This document shows positions 48,942 to 58,253 of a stretch of DNA of 64,000 nucleotides, in pieces. The notes beneath the pieces are model-generated. The model searched no databases, was not told where the DNA came from, and was given only the letters and a program-made list of their open reading frames with translations. Numbering within the stretch: position 1 is the stretch's first letter; the number at the start of each line of letters is the position of its first letter. Source of the DNA: a bacterium. GTDB lineage: Bacteria > Patescibacteriota > Saccharimonadia > Saccharimonadales > DATKHC01. The DNA is taken from contig JAJXXC010000004.1 in assembly GCA_021781215.1 (NCBI GenBank), positions 66,975 through 130,974 on the forward strand, in the 5' to 3' direction. The translations under genes and the position numbers were made by a program.

Positions 48942-50285
48942 TTAAATTGTTAATCCTGCTTTCACGGCCCTAGTGTAATTGTCATCAATTAGGACCACTT
49001 TTTTACCAGCACTGTCTAGAATACTTGTCGCAATGCTAGCCCTAAAACCACCCGCACAGTGTACCCATATCTGTTTGTCATTAGGCAGTTTGTCTATATT
49101 CACTTTGAGTTCATGCAAGGGAATATGCATAGCACCTTTTATATGTCCTTTTTGCCATTCACCGTTTCGCCGAACGTCTAAAACCACTACGGATGTACTA
49201 TCATCTAACTGGTGTAAATCGTCAAAGTTTTTGACCGGATAATTAGAGTTACTCTTTACATCAGTTAAAATTGTTTCCGGCGTTGAATAGCCGGCTAACA
49301 TTTCCCTGCCAATTAACGATAATTGCTCCTGGGCTATTTGCACGTCTTCTGCTCTCGAACCAATAATCACTAGAGGAGTATTCCATTCAATCAACCACCC
49401 TGCATATGTTGTGAAATCATTACTGAGCTCAATATTGTAAGTACCAACTAAATGCTCATTGGCATAAACAGTTCTTGACCGCATATCAATAATCGCTGAG
49501 CCGTCATGAATGGCTCGCATAACTGCTTCACGAGTCAACTTATCGGGTAAATTCAATGCCGCCTGCTTCGGACCTTTTAGATTTTCAGGAGCCATATAGG
49601 CGTAATATGAGGGATATACGTCCAGATTATCTACTAATTCTTTTACGAATATCTCTAAATTACCGGAAGTATATACATGATTGGTTTGAATCTGCTGCGA
49701 TAGCGTACTAACACTAATCGCTTCAGTCGGAGTTGCGGCACAAAAACTACCAAAACCATGAGTTGGATATATTACTGTTTCCGGATCTAAAATATTAATA
49801 AAGTCTTGAGCTGTCTGATACTGTGCCTTGGCTAATTTAGGAGTTGCCTCAGCCGAAATCAGATCCGGTCGACCAACCGCTCCATAAAGTAGCGATCCAC
49901 CGGTAAATAACATAGGGGTTTGCCCTGATTGTTCGACTAAATAACTTAAATGACTAAAAGTATGACCTGGCGAAGCTAGAGCAGTTATGCTTAAATTACC
50001 GACCAATACTTTTTGTTTATCTTTAATCTCTGACCTTTCAAAGGTCACCTGGTCGTCGGCCGAAACGTAATAAGACGCTCCTAATTTGGTCGCCAAGGCA
50101 TAGCCACCAGTTACATAGTCGTTATGTATGTGCGTTTCAAAAATTGCTTTTATTTCCAAGCCTTTTGACCGTTTTATAATTTCATCAATTCGACGGCTTG
50201 GATCGATAACAACTGCTCTAGCGCCATCATGGACTATATAGCTTCTATTACCTAAATCAGGTACATCAACAACAATAACTTTCAT
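48942..50285 (-). CDS. MBL-fold (persulfide dioxygenase-like) protein fused to two rhodanese domains
   Basis: 447 aa with an N-terminal metallo-beta-lactamase motif ETHIHNDYVTGG and a C-terminal rhodanese domain with HCAGGFRAS. Confidence 0.8.
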   Translation of the reverse strand: MKVIVVDVPDLGNRSYIVHDGARAVVIDPSRRIDEIIKRSKGLEIKAIFETHIHNDYVTGGYALATKLGASYYVSADDQVTFERSEIKDKQKVLVGNLSITALASPGHTFSHLSYLVEQSGQTPMLFTGGSLLYGAVGRPDLISAEATPKLAKAQYQTAQDFINILDPETVIYPTHGFGSFCAATPTEAISVSTLSQQIQTNHVYTSGNLEIFVKELVDNLDVYPSYYAYMAPENLKGPKQAALNLPDKLTREAVMRAIHDGSAIIDMRSRTVYANEHLVGTYNIELSNDFTTYAGWLIEWNTPLVIIGSRAEDVQIAQEQLSLIGREMLAGYSTPETILTDVKSNSNYPVKNFDDLHQLDDSTSVVVLDVRRNGEWQKGHIKGAMHIPLHELKVNIDKLPNDKQIWVHCAGGFRASIATSILDSAGKKVVLIDDNYTRAVKAGLTI

Positions 50286-50313
50286 CAGTTAATTACCTTT
50301 TTAAAATTTTTCA

Positions 50314-50565
50314 TTAATTAACGCCAAGGGCTACTTTAAATCTTGGCACATCAAAACCTAATATTTTTTCGATAGATCCATCATCGCCCTCTATAGTAGT
50401 AAACGGTACTCCCATTTGACCACTTAAATTCACCATCGATTGAGCGGCTATTGGATTTAAATCTACCTTATATTCTGAGAACTTAATATTTTTCTCATTC
50501 AGCCACCGTGATAACATCACACAATATGGACATGTCGTAGTACTATATACTGTTATTTTTTTCAT
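50314..50565 (-). CDS. NrdH/glutaredoxin-like redoxin
   Basis: 83 aa with a CPYC motif. Confidence 0.75.
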   Translation of the reverse strand: MKKITVYSTTTCPYCVMLSRWLNEKNIKFSEYKVDLNPIAAQSMVNLSGQMGVPFTTIEGDDGSIEKILGFDVPRFKVALGVN

Positions 50566-50574
50566 ATATCCTCC

Positions 50575-50943
50575 TTATTTTGTTACAGCGCCACCCATGC
50601 TGCGCCACTTACTTAAGCCACCTAAATTCACAACCTTATTAAATCCACTACGGCGCAAAATTGAACTAGCCCTAGAGGCCCGGGCGCCACTATGACAATA
50701 GATGTAGATTGTTTTTTGTTTGTCTTGAGACGGTAATGTGCCCGATTGAATGGATTGTAGTGATATATTCTTGGCACCCTTAGCATGACCACCACTAAAC
50801 TCGGCCGATGACCTAACGTCAATTAACAATGCACCATTATCTAAATCAGTTTGCACCGCTTCTAAAGACGGAGTATTCCCTCGTAATCTAGAAAACACAA
50901 ATACAACCACAAGCACCGCAATTACAATTAATATATAACTCAT
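50575..50943 (-). CDS. membrane-anchored rhodanese
   Basis: Start set at the ATG at 50943-50941, which overlaps the Fur-like gene's TGA (ATGA coupling); the track ORF starts 24 nt earlier. Has a TM helix plus the active-site loop YCHSGARAS. Confidence 0.8.
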   Translation of the reverse strand: MSYILIVIAVLVVVFVFSRLRGNTPSLEAVQTDLDNGALLIDVRSSAEFSGGHAKGAKNISLQSIQSGTLPSQDKQKTIYIYCHSGARASRASSILRRSGFNKVVNLGGLSKWRSMGGAVTK

Positions 50944-51335
50944 ACTCCACTCTCCTTTTTTAAACATTTAGCACATGAACCCTGAACCGTTAATCCTCCA
51001 TTTAATTTGCAATCACCAAGTTTCTCTTGGATAACATTAAATAGGTCTGACGGTAATTCGACATCTCTTAACCTATCGCAACTAACACACTGAAAATGAT
51101 CATGGGTTTTTAGATTAAAATCGAAACGAGATAGTTTGTTGGATGTAGGCGGAGCACATAAAAGATCTCCACGTTCCAGCATCCTAGTAGTAATACGATG
51201 GACCGTAGTTGCACTTAAATCAGGGTAAGTTATGTGTAGATACTCCAGGATCTGCCCGTTTGTTGCGTGTTTAGCTGACTTCATATAAGTCTTAACAGCA
51301 TCTGTATATTTTGTTGTGCGTTCGGCAATCATCAT
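50940..51335 (-). CDS. Fur-family transcriptional regulator
   Basis: 131 aa with a wHTH N-terminus, HDHFQCVSCDR, and a C-terminal CAKC (structural Zn site). Confidence 0.8.
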   Translation of the reverse strand: MMIAERTTKYTDAVKTYMKSAKHATNGQILEYLHITYPDLSATTVHRITTRMLERGDLLCAPPTSNKLSRFDFNLKTHDHFQCVSCDRLRDVELPSDLFNVIQEKLGDCKLNGGLTVQGSCAKCLKKESGV

Positions 51336-51363
51336 ACTAATGTAAATGATTTACATTAGTATG
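51333..51363. promoter_or_regulatory. perfect 15-1-15 palindrome, candidate Fur-family operator
   Basis: CATACTAATGTAAAT-G-ATTTACATTAGTATG. The left arm includes the regulator's start codon (51335-51333). The site lies in the divergent intergenic region. Confidence 0.6.
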
Positions 51364-51412
51364 TCAATAGTTATGATCAAATTTATTAAAATAACGTATA
51401 ATAATACTCATT

Positions 51413-51811
51413 ATGGCGATAACTAAAATAAAGTTGTCTATACCGGCTTGGACCGCATCGGTCTATATAATACTGTCACTAATACTCCTGCCCTGGGCCG
51501 TATATCTTGGTGCAACCCTGCCAACTCATCACCTCTCTGCTCACTGGGATATAAGCTGGACTGGTCTTGATGTAGCATTATTCATAACCATGCTTACAAC
51601 TGGTATATTGGCATACCTTAAATCTCACTGGGTAATAATTTCATCGTCAACGGTAGGTAGCTTGCTAATAGTCGACGCCTGGTTCGATACTATGAGTCAA
51701 CGAAAAACACTTCAGCTCCACGAAGCAATAATCTTAGCTATTTTCATTGAACTTCCTTTAGCTTTTATTAGCTACTTCATAGCATTTAAGGCGCTTAGGC
51801 ATAATATTTAA
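51413..51811 (+). CDS. hypothetical 4-TM membrane protein
   Basis: 132 aa and hydrophobic; divergent from the Fur-family gene. Confidence 0.5.
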   Translation: MAITKIKLSIPAWTASVYIILSLILLPWAVYLGATLPTHHLSAHWDISWTGLDVALFITMLTTGILAYLKSHWVIISSSTVGSLLIVDAWFDTMSQRKTLQLHEAIILAIFIELPLAFISYFIAFKALRHNI

Positions 51812-51929
51812 CTTCGGCTCGAAATCAGTCTTCCACAGCTAATTAAAAATTGAAAATAAAAATGCTTATTTTTAAAACTTATCGCTGTATAATAAAAGAC
51901 AAAATTACAGAACGGGTTTTGATTAGATT

Positions 51930-54029
51930 TTGAAATACAAGATTACTGAAAACAAAGGCAACTTTCAACACCGAAAACTTATTTTTATAATAGGTTGTTT
52001 TTTAATTTTACTGCTAATAGTTGGTGCCTTTTTCGGATTTTTAATCTTTAAACATCGTCAAAATCATAAAACAGTAATACTGACTACTAAACAAATTATA
52101 AAACCAAAGCCAGTAGCTACATTTGCAGCTGCTGAGTCTGGCCTTTTGCCATGGCACCTAACAACAGCCCTAAGCAGAATGGTGGTTTTTACAAATAATA
52201 ACCAGGCAATAGTTGCGGGTGGGCTTACGGCGCAAGGAACTACTAATAACGTTTATTCATTGGATATCACGAATGGGAATCAAACAGTTACTTCCCACTT
52301 AACGGAAAACGTTCATGATGCATCTGGCTCTGTGATAAATGGAAATATGGAAATATTTGGAGGCGGATCGTCAAATTCAAGCAGTTCAGTACAGACACTG
52401 TCTTCAATCAGCAGCATTCCGTCTTCAATTACTAGCCATCTGCCACAGCTAAGATCAGATTCAACCGCCATCACAATAAATAAAACAACTTTTATTATTG
52501 GTGGTTATAATGGCACCCAGGCAGACTCTCAGATACTAACAACTACCGACGGTAAAACTTTTAGCGACTTCGGCGCATTACCAATTCCAGTTAGATACAC
52601 CACTGCCACATACATCAATGGTTTAATCTACGTCTTTGGTGGCATGGCAATTAATGGATCTAACGCTGGAAATCCCATTAGTTCGGTTCAAATTATTAAT
52701 CCAGTCAGTCATCAAATAACTGTTGCCAAATGGCAACTCCCAGAACCACTAGAAGCCGCAACAGCCATGAATCTTAATAATGAAATATTCTTAGCTGGTG
52801 GCCAGACTAACAGCGTTCAGCCAATTAATATTGGCATGGGAACAACCCAAATCAGTGGAATTGCGACTACTAACTCCGACACTTCTGGAACTATTTGGGC
52901 TGTCGACACGGTGAATGGTAGATTCCTTAAAGCCGGGGTTTTACAAGCGCCCGTTTCTAACGCCGGGCTAGCGATTATTGGTTCAACTGCGTGGCTGATT
53001 GGCGGTGAGAACAACCATAATATTGTCTCGACGGTTCAAATCATAAAACCTAATATACAGTTCGGTATTGCTGGTACTCCTGGTGCAGGATCTCCCTATT
53101 ACGGTGATAAATTATTAATTGCCGACAGGGGCAACAATCGTCTATTGGTACTAAATGATCAGATGAACACAATCTGGACATATCCATCGGCAACAACTTC
53201 AGCCAGCACGCAATTTTACTATCCCGATGATGCATTCTTTATAAATAACGGAACCGAGATTATATCTAATCAAGAAGACAATAATACTATTGTTAAAATT
53301 TCTTATCCGTCTGGAAAAATTATCTGGTCCTATGGCCATCCTTTGATACCCGGATATGGCAATGGATATCTTCATTCACCTGATGATGCATATCAACTAA
53401 AAAATGGACAAATCGTCGTAGCGGATATTAGAAATTGTAGGATACTATTCATTAATCAGGACGGATCAATCGCCCATCAAATTGGCACTAATGGGGTTTG
53501 TAGACATAATCCCCCTAATTCACTGGGCTCTCCCAATGGTAGCACTCCTCTATACGACGGTAATATACTAGTATCCGAAATTAACGGCTCATGGGTGAGT
53601 GAATATACGCCTACTGGCAAGTTGGTTTGGACTACCCATTTAGCAATAAGCTACCCATCGGACCCACAACAAATTGGTGCCAGCCCAACTAGCAACCCAA
53701 ACCTTTATTTAATTGCAGACTACAAAATGCCTGGAGCAATTCTTACATTTAATAGAGCTGGACAAATACTAAGCATGTATCGTCCTACTTCTGGTCCAGG
53801 AATGTTAAGCTACCCCTCGTTAGTTGAACTAATACCTAGTGGAGTTTATATGGCTAACGATGATCTTCGAAACCGAATAGTAGCGATAGACCCATCAACC
53901 GGAGCCCTGGTGTGGCAATACGGAACAAACGATATTCCGGGTACTAAACCAGGCATGCTAAATACCGTAGATGGTTTTGATCTCTTACAATCAAACGGCG
54001 CAACGCCCACTCACGGCGCTACTTATTAA
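51930..54029 (+). CDS. membrane-anchored protein with a Kelch-like and a second beta-propeller-like region
   Basis: 699 aa with a TTG start and an N-terminal TM helix. Repeated GG-containing blades occur (VAGGLT, IFGGGSS, IIGGYNG, VFGGMAI, LAGGQTN, LIGGENN). NHL/ASST-like repeats follow (IADRGNNRLLVLN, VADIRNCRILFIN, NDDLRNRIVAID). Confidence 0.55.
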   Translation: MKYKITENKGNFQHRKLIFIIGCFLILLLIVGAFFGFLIFKHRQNHKTVILTTKQIIKPKPVATFAAAESGLLPWHLTTALSRMVVFTNNNQAIVAGGLTAQGTTNNVYSLDITNGNQTVTSHLTENVHDASGSVINGNMEIFGGGSSNSSSSVQTLSSISSIPSSITSHLPQLRSDSTAITINKTTFIIGGYNGTQADSQILTTTDGKTFSDFGALPIPVRYTTATYINGLIYVFGGMAINGSNAGNPISSVQIINPVSHQITVAKWQLPEPLEAATAMNLNNEIFLAGGQTNSVQPINIGMGTTQISGIATTNSDTSGTIWAVDTVNGRFLKAGVLQAPVSNAGLAIIGSTAWLIGGENNHNIVSTVQIIKPNIQFGIAGTPGAGSPYYGDKLLIADRGNNRLLVLNDQMNTIWTYPSATTSASTQFYYPDDAFFINNGTEIISNQEDNNTIVKISYPSGKIIWSYGHPLIPGYGNGYLHSPDDAYQLKNGQIVVADIRNCRILFINQDGSIAHQIGTNGVCRHNPPNSLGSPNGSTPLYDGNILVSEINGSWVSEYTPTGKLVWTTHLAISYPSDPQQIGASPTSNPNLYLIADYKMPGAILTFNRAGQILSMYRPTSGPGMLSYPSLVELIPSGVYMANDDLRNRIVAIDPSTGALVWQYGTNDIPGTKPGMLNTVDGFDLLQSNGATPTHGATY

Positions 54030-54141
54030 TATTCATTCAGGAGCTACCTACTAAGCTAGATAATAATTTCAAATTAACTATTCTTGATGTTTACTGAATA
54101 AATGCCACTTCCATAATAATTTAATCTGATATTATATATCA

Positions 54142-55272
54142 ATGCCAATTAACCAGTTGCTAAAACTAAAAGACCTAAACATAAATGCCAGGCTCGAGAA
54201 CCTAACATCAACTGTCGTCAATAATGATTTATTGCTATCAATTTTAGTATCGTTGATATTGATAATAGTTGGGGTAACTTTCGGCTATGAAAATAATCAA
54301 AAAGTGCCAATCACCCACTCAAAAAGTGTTTTGTACCGTCTAGAGCCAAAAAATAGTCTAAGTTTTATGTCTAATTGGGACGGCCCAATATATATCAATA
54401 TCGCTAAACATGGATATAGCCAAAAAAGCTCAGCCAATTTTTTTCCACTATACCCAGTCTTAATCAGTATTGTTAATAAAGTAATTTCATCGCCGCTATA
54501 TAGCGCCCTGATTGTAGCCTGGGCAAGCGTTGTCGGAGCAATATATTTTTATCTCAGAGTCGTTAAAAGTTTTTTTAAGATTAAAGATAATATTACTGCC
54601 ACCAAAGCCTTATTATTATTTATCCTGTTTCCAAGTGCGGTTTTTTTACTCGCAACCTTAACTGAGAGTTTATTCGCGTTTCTATCACTAGCCGCAATCT
54701 ATTTTGCTATGAAAAATAGATACATTCTAGCAGGAGTATTTAGCATGTTCGCCACGTCAACTAAGCCGACCGGTATATTTATATTAATCCTACTTGGATT
54801 AATTTTAATTGAGAACAGGCTGAAGCTCACTAAAGTTTTCTTGTCTATGTTAATTGGTTCTGTAGGTATCCTAGGCTATATGGCCTACTTGTATATAAAA
54901 TATGCTAACCCATTTGAGTTTATCGTAACCCAAAATCATCATGGTTGGTTTCAGCATTTATTAATAGCTCAATCAAGAAATTTGAGCCCGATGAATATAA
55001 TATTTTTAATACCCATAGTCATTTCAGTTTTTTATTGGTGGAAACGTAAAAAAAGCTTTTCTATCTACTCAATTTTATTTATCTTAATTCCCCTACTAGG
55101 CGGCCAGTTTGGTGGTTTTGTAAGATACGCTCTTATGGCATTCCCAGTATTTTTAATGTTCTACGACTATTTACGAAACAGAAAACTACTCTACATAATA
55201 GTATTGATGTTGTCGACTATTGGCTGGTCATATATCCTTCTGCAATACGCAGGTGGTTATATTGGAGGCTAG
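54142..55272 (+). CDS. PIG-V-like GT-C mannosyltransferase family membrane protein
   Basis: 376 aa, polytopic, with the WDGPIYINIAKHGY motif (WD..Y..IA..GY of the PIG-V family). Paralog of 58254..59372. Confidence 0.6.
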   Translation: MPINQLLKLKDLNINARLENLTSTVVNNDLLLSILVSLILIIVGVTFGYENNQKVPITHSKSVLYRLEPKNSLSFMSNWDGPIYINIAKHGYSQKSSANFFPLYPVLISIVNKVISSPLYSALIVAWASVVGAIYFYLRVVKSFFKIKDNITATKALLLFILFPSAVFLLATLTESLFAFLSLAAIYFAMKNRYILAGVFSMFATSTKPTGIFILILLGLILIENRLKLTKVFLSMLIGSVGILGYMAYLYIKYANPFEFIVTQNHHGWFQHLLIAQSRNLSPMNIIFLIPIVISVFYWWKRKKSFSIYSILFILIPLLGGQFGGFVRYALMAFPVFLMFYDYLRNRKLLYIIVLMLSTIGWSYILLQYAGGYIGG

Positions 55273-55275
55273 ACC

Positions 55276-56088
55276 TTACGCAGCTCGTCGGTAATTATAT
55301 ACCGAGCTATAGTCACCGCTTCCGGAATGAGATGGTAGTACTGAATGAACTATATCAACTTCATTTGCTCTTTGGAGTCGCGCAATGTGTTCTGCTGTAT
55401 CAGTTATAGATTGGTCGCTAATTTTAGTATCGGCAGTGAACGGTGGCGCTGCATTCCTAGCATTACCGTGACGATCAATATCCATACCATCCCCAGGGAA
55501 TAAATCAAATGCTTTACTACCATCATTTTTTCCGACTAAATACCCCGTACTACCGCTAGTATGACCAGGCATGTCCATAGCATGCATATTTACATTACCA
55601 ACTGTCTCTTTATAGCCATGGCTAATTATGACCGGATTAATTGAGGCATAGGTATTGGCCCTTTGGTGTTTGGTAAATTTATCAAACAACTTTGGAAAAA
55701 ATCCTTCATAGGGCAGCTCACCTCTCAGTACCCTAGATTCATGCTCGCTCATATATACTGGAACATTTTTCAAGGCCTGCAACCCTCTTATATGGTCTGG
55801 GTGACTATGGGTTATATATACTCTCTTAACAGCGCTCAAATCTAAACCAAGCTTTCCTAGGTGTCTTCTAATTTTTCTAGCGTGCTTATCCATACCGGCG
55901 TCAATTAGAATAAACTCAGTATTTTCCTTATTGATAGGAATTAAATTAACCGAACCATGTCTAATTGCTAAACTAGTAGCACCACTTGCAGGATGATACT
56001 GCCCATCTTTCAGCGGAGACAATCTAGCCATTTTTGTGACTATTGGCGAAATTATATTAGGTCGACGGATCTTAGATAGAGTTTCCAT
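55276..56088 (-). CDS. MBL-fold metallo-hydrolase
   Basis: 270 aa with the THSHPDHIRG motif. Confidence 0.8.
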   Translation of the reverse strand: METLSKIRRPNIISPIVTKMARLSPLKDGQYHPASGATSLAIRHGSVNLIPINKENTEFILIDAGMDKHARKIRRHLGKLGLDLSAVKRVYITHSHPDHIRGLQALKNVPVYMSEHESRVLRGELPYEGFFPKLFDKFTKHQRANTYASINPVIISHGYKETVGNVNMHAMDMPGHTSGSTGYLVGKNDGSKAFDLFPGDGMDIDRHGNARNAAPPFTADTKISDQSITDTAEHIARLQRANEVDIVHSVLPSHSGSGDYSSVYNYRRAA

Positions 56089-56257
56089 TCAAATAGTATA
56101 ACCTGTGCTATCTAAATTATGGTAGGCACATTATAATTTTCAGTATAGCCAACTTAAAATATTTCTATGTATTCCCTTGTGTTTATAGATATTGTTCATA
56201 TAATTGAAGATATTATTAAAGATATATAGGGACAGATATTTGTTCTAAGCTTTGTAT

Positions 56258-57724
56258 ATGAATAACGAAATCGACATTAAAGAGTCTTTATTAAAAGACG
56301 TGAAAGATCACTTACCAGAGATCAATAACCAAGACTTATCGCAAATTGAACGCGCCTATAATTACGCAAAGATAGCTCATGCAGAACAATTACGCGCCAA
56401 TGGTAAGCCCTATTTCGAAGAACACTGTGTTGCAGTTGCTAAACACATAATCGAGCTCGATATGGACCCCACCCTGATTTGTGCCGCATTATTGCATGAT
56501 ACGATTGAAGACACACCGATTACTATTAGTGATTTGCAAAAAGAATTTGGCGAAGATATTGCTTTTCTAGTCGAGGGCGTCAGTAAATTAGGAAATATTA
56601 AATACCGAGGCAATGAACGACACGTTGAAAGTCTAAGGAAATTCTTCGTTTCAGTTGCCAAAGATATTCGAATCGTTATTTTGAAGCTTGCAGATCGGTG
56701 GCATAACCTTGAAACCTTAGAATTTCTGCCCGAAGAAAAACAGCAACGAATCGCCATAGAAAGTATTATGATTCATGCTCCACTAGCCTCTCGCATGGGT
56801 ATGGGTAAGCTAGTCAGTATTATTAATGATCTTTCTTTTCCCTATGCATTTCCAGAAGAATACAAGAGAACTAAAAAAATCATGGATAGTTTGGTTAAAA
56901 ACGCCGACGATACAGTTAAAAAAATGCACCGAGATCTAAGTGCCGATCTTTTTAATTCACTGAAGTATTTACCGAAAATCGATGAGCGAATTAAGGGTAC
57001 CTATAGTCTATACAAGAAACTTTCTAGAAAAAAATGGAATGTAGATGAAATATACGACCTGATTGCAATTCGAGCTATCGTCAATTCAGTCGCGGACTGT
57101 TATCAGGCTCTTGGCGCAATTCACCATCACTGGCGACCAGTCCCAGGACGCGTCAAGGATTATATAGCAGTGCCAAAACCTAATGGATACCAGAGCCTAC
57201 ATACTGCCGTTTTCAGTGGTGATGGACGTATTATAGAAATTCAAATTCGAACCCAAGCAATGCATGAATCTAACGAATACGGCTTGGCATCTCATCACAA
57301 CTACAAAAACTTTCATTCACAAAAAGGTACCGAAAAAGAAAGTTTCGCTTGGATAGAACAATTACGTGAATTGCAAAAATCTAACCTACCATCATATGAT
57401 TACTATTCACAACTTAAAACTGACCTTTTCCAAGATCGGATATTTGTATTTACACCGAAGGGCGATGTGGTTGATTTACCAGTCGGAGCCACAATTCTAG
57501 ATTTTGCATACTCGGTTCATACAAAAATTGGAGAACATGCGGGTGGTGGAAGAATTAATGGTAAATTTATGGCTCTTAAAACACCTATTAAAAGTGAGCA
57601 AATAGTTGAGATTATTACCAACTCTAAAGCAAGGCCAAGTGATAAATGGCTCGAGATGTGTATCACTAATGTAGCTTTAAGTAGTATCCGAAAATCATTA
57701 AAAACGCAAAGAAAACTAACATAG
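56258..57724 (+). CDS. bifunctional (p)ppGpp synthetase/hydrolase (RelA/SpoT homolog; HD-Synth-TGS, no ACT)
   Basis: HD motif LLHDTIEDT, synthetase motifs (DLIAIRAIV, PKPNGYQSLHT, EIQIRT), and TGS (IFVFTPKGDVVDLP). Start set at the ATG at 56258; the track ORF uses a TTG at 56252. Confidence 0.9.
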   Translation: MNNEIDIKESLLKDVKDHLPEINNQDLSQIERAYNYAKIAHAEQLRANGKPYFEEHCVAVAKHIIELDMDPTLICAALLHDTIEDTPITISDLQKEFGEDIAFLVEGVSKLGNIKYRGNERHVESLRKFFVSVAKDIRIVILKLADRWHNLETLEFLPEEKQQRIAIESIMIHAPLASRMGMGKLVSIINDLSFPYAFPEEYKRTKKIMDSLVKNADDTVKKMHRDLSADLFNSLKYLPKIDERIKGTYSLYKKLSRKKWNVDEIYDLIAIRAIVNSVADCYQALGAIHHHWRPVPGRVKDYIAVPKPNGYQSLHTAVFSGDGRIIEIQIRTQAMHESNEYGLASHHNYKNFHSQKGTEKESFAWIEQLRELQKSNLPSYDYYSQLKTDLFQDRIFVFTPKGDVVDLPVGATILDFAYSVHTKIGEHAGGGRINGKFMALKTPIKSEQIVEIITNSKARPSDKWLEMCITNVALSSIRKSLKTQRKLT

Positions 57725-57874
57725 GATAACAATAAATAATATAAGCATAACCAGTGTTAATATTGATGACTAAACTACAACACCTTTCTATTGACGCGAA
57801 GGATGGATGGTAGTAAATTAAGCGTACTACCATCGTGAGGTGGTACGTAATAACTTCATCGTTATTACGAAAAA

Positions 57875-57899
57875 GGAACCCCTAAAAAGGTTCCTTTTT
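57875..57899 (+). terminator. rho-independent terminator (A-tract upstream, so possibly bidirectional)
   Basis: Stem GGAACC(57875-80), loop cctaaaaa, stem GGTTCC(57889-94), then TTTTT. Confidence 0.6.
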
Positions 57900-57933
57900 C
57901 ATTTATACATATTTACATTATTTGGAGCATATT

Positions 57934-58185
57934 TTGATTTCTAGAGAATGGGCACTACAAGGTGAATGCCGCGGGGTTGATCCCGACATATTCTTTCCCA
58001 GCATTAACATTTCTGAGAATACAAGGGTAGCTAAGGATATCTGCGCTAGATGTGTTGTAGCATATGAATGCTTAGATTATGCCCTTGCTATTAATGGAAC
58101 CGAGGGGATATGGGGCGACACGACCGAAGATGAAAGAAGAGTAATAGGCCGACGTAGACAAAATAGAATAAACGATTCCAGATGA
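57934..58185 (+). CDS. WhiB-like (Wbl) Fe-S transcription factor
   Basis: Four Cys in Wbl spacing (C-x24-C-x2-C-x5-C: GECRGVDPD...CARCVVAYEC), a GIWGD turn, and a basic tail RRVIGRRRQ. The likely start is a TTG at 57934, 6 nt after GGAG; the track ORF starts at 57922. Confidence 0.8.
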   Translation: MISREWALQGECRGVDPDIFFPSINISENTRVAKDICARCVVAYECLDYALAINGTEGIWGDTTEDERRVIGRRRQNRINDSR

Positions 58186-58253
58186 ATAAAACAGCCAGTC
58201 GCATTTAAATATCTTATTAACTTTCTTTTAGAACCCGACTATACTTACATATA

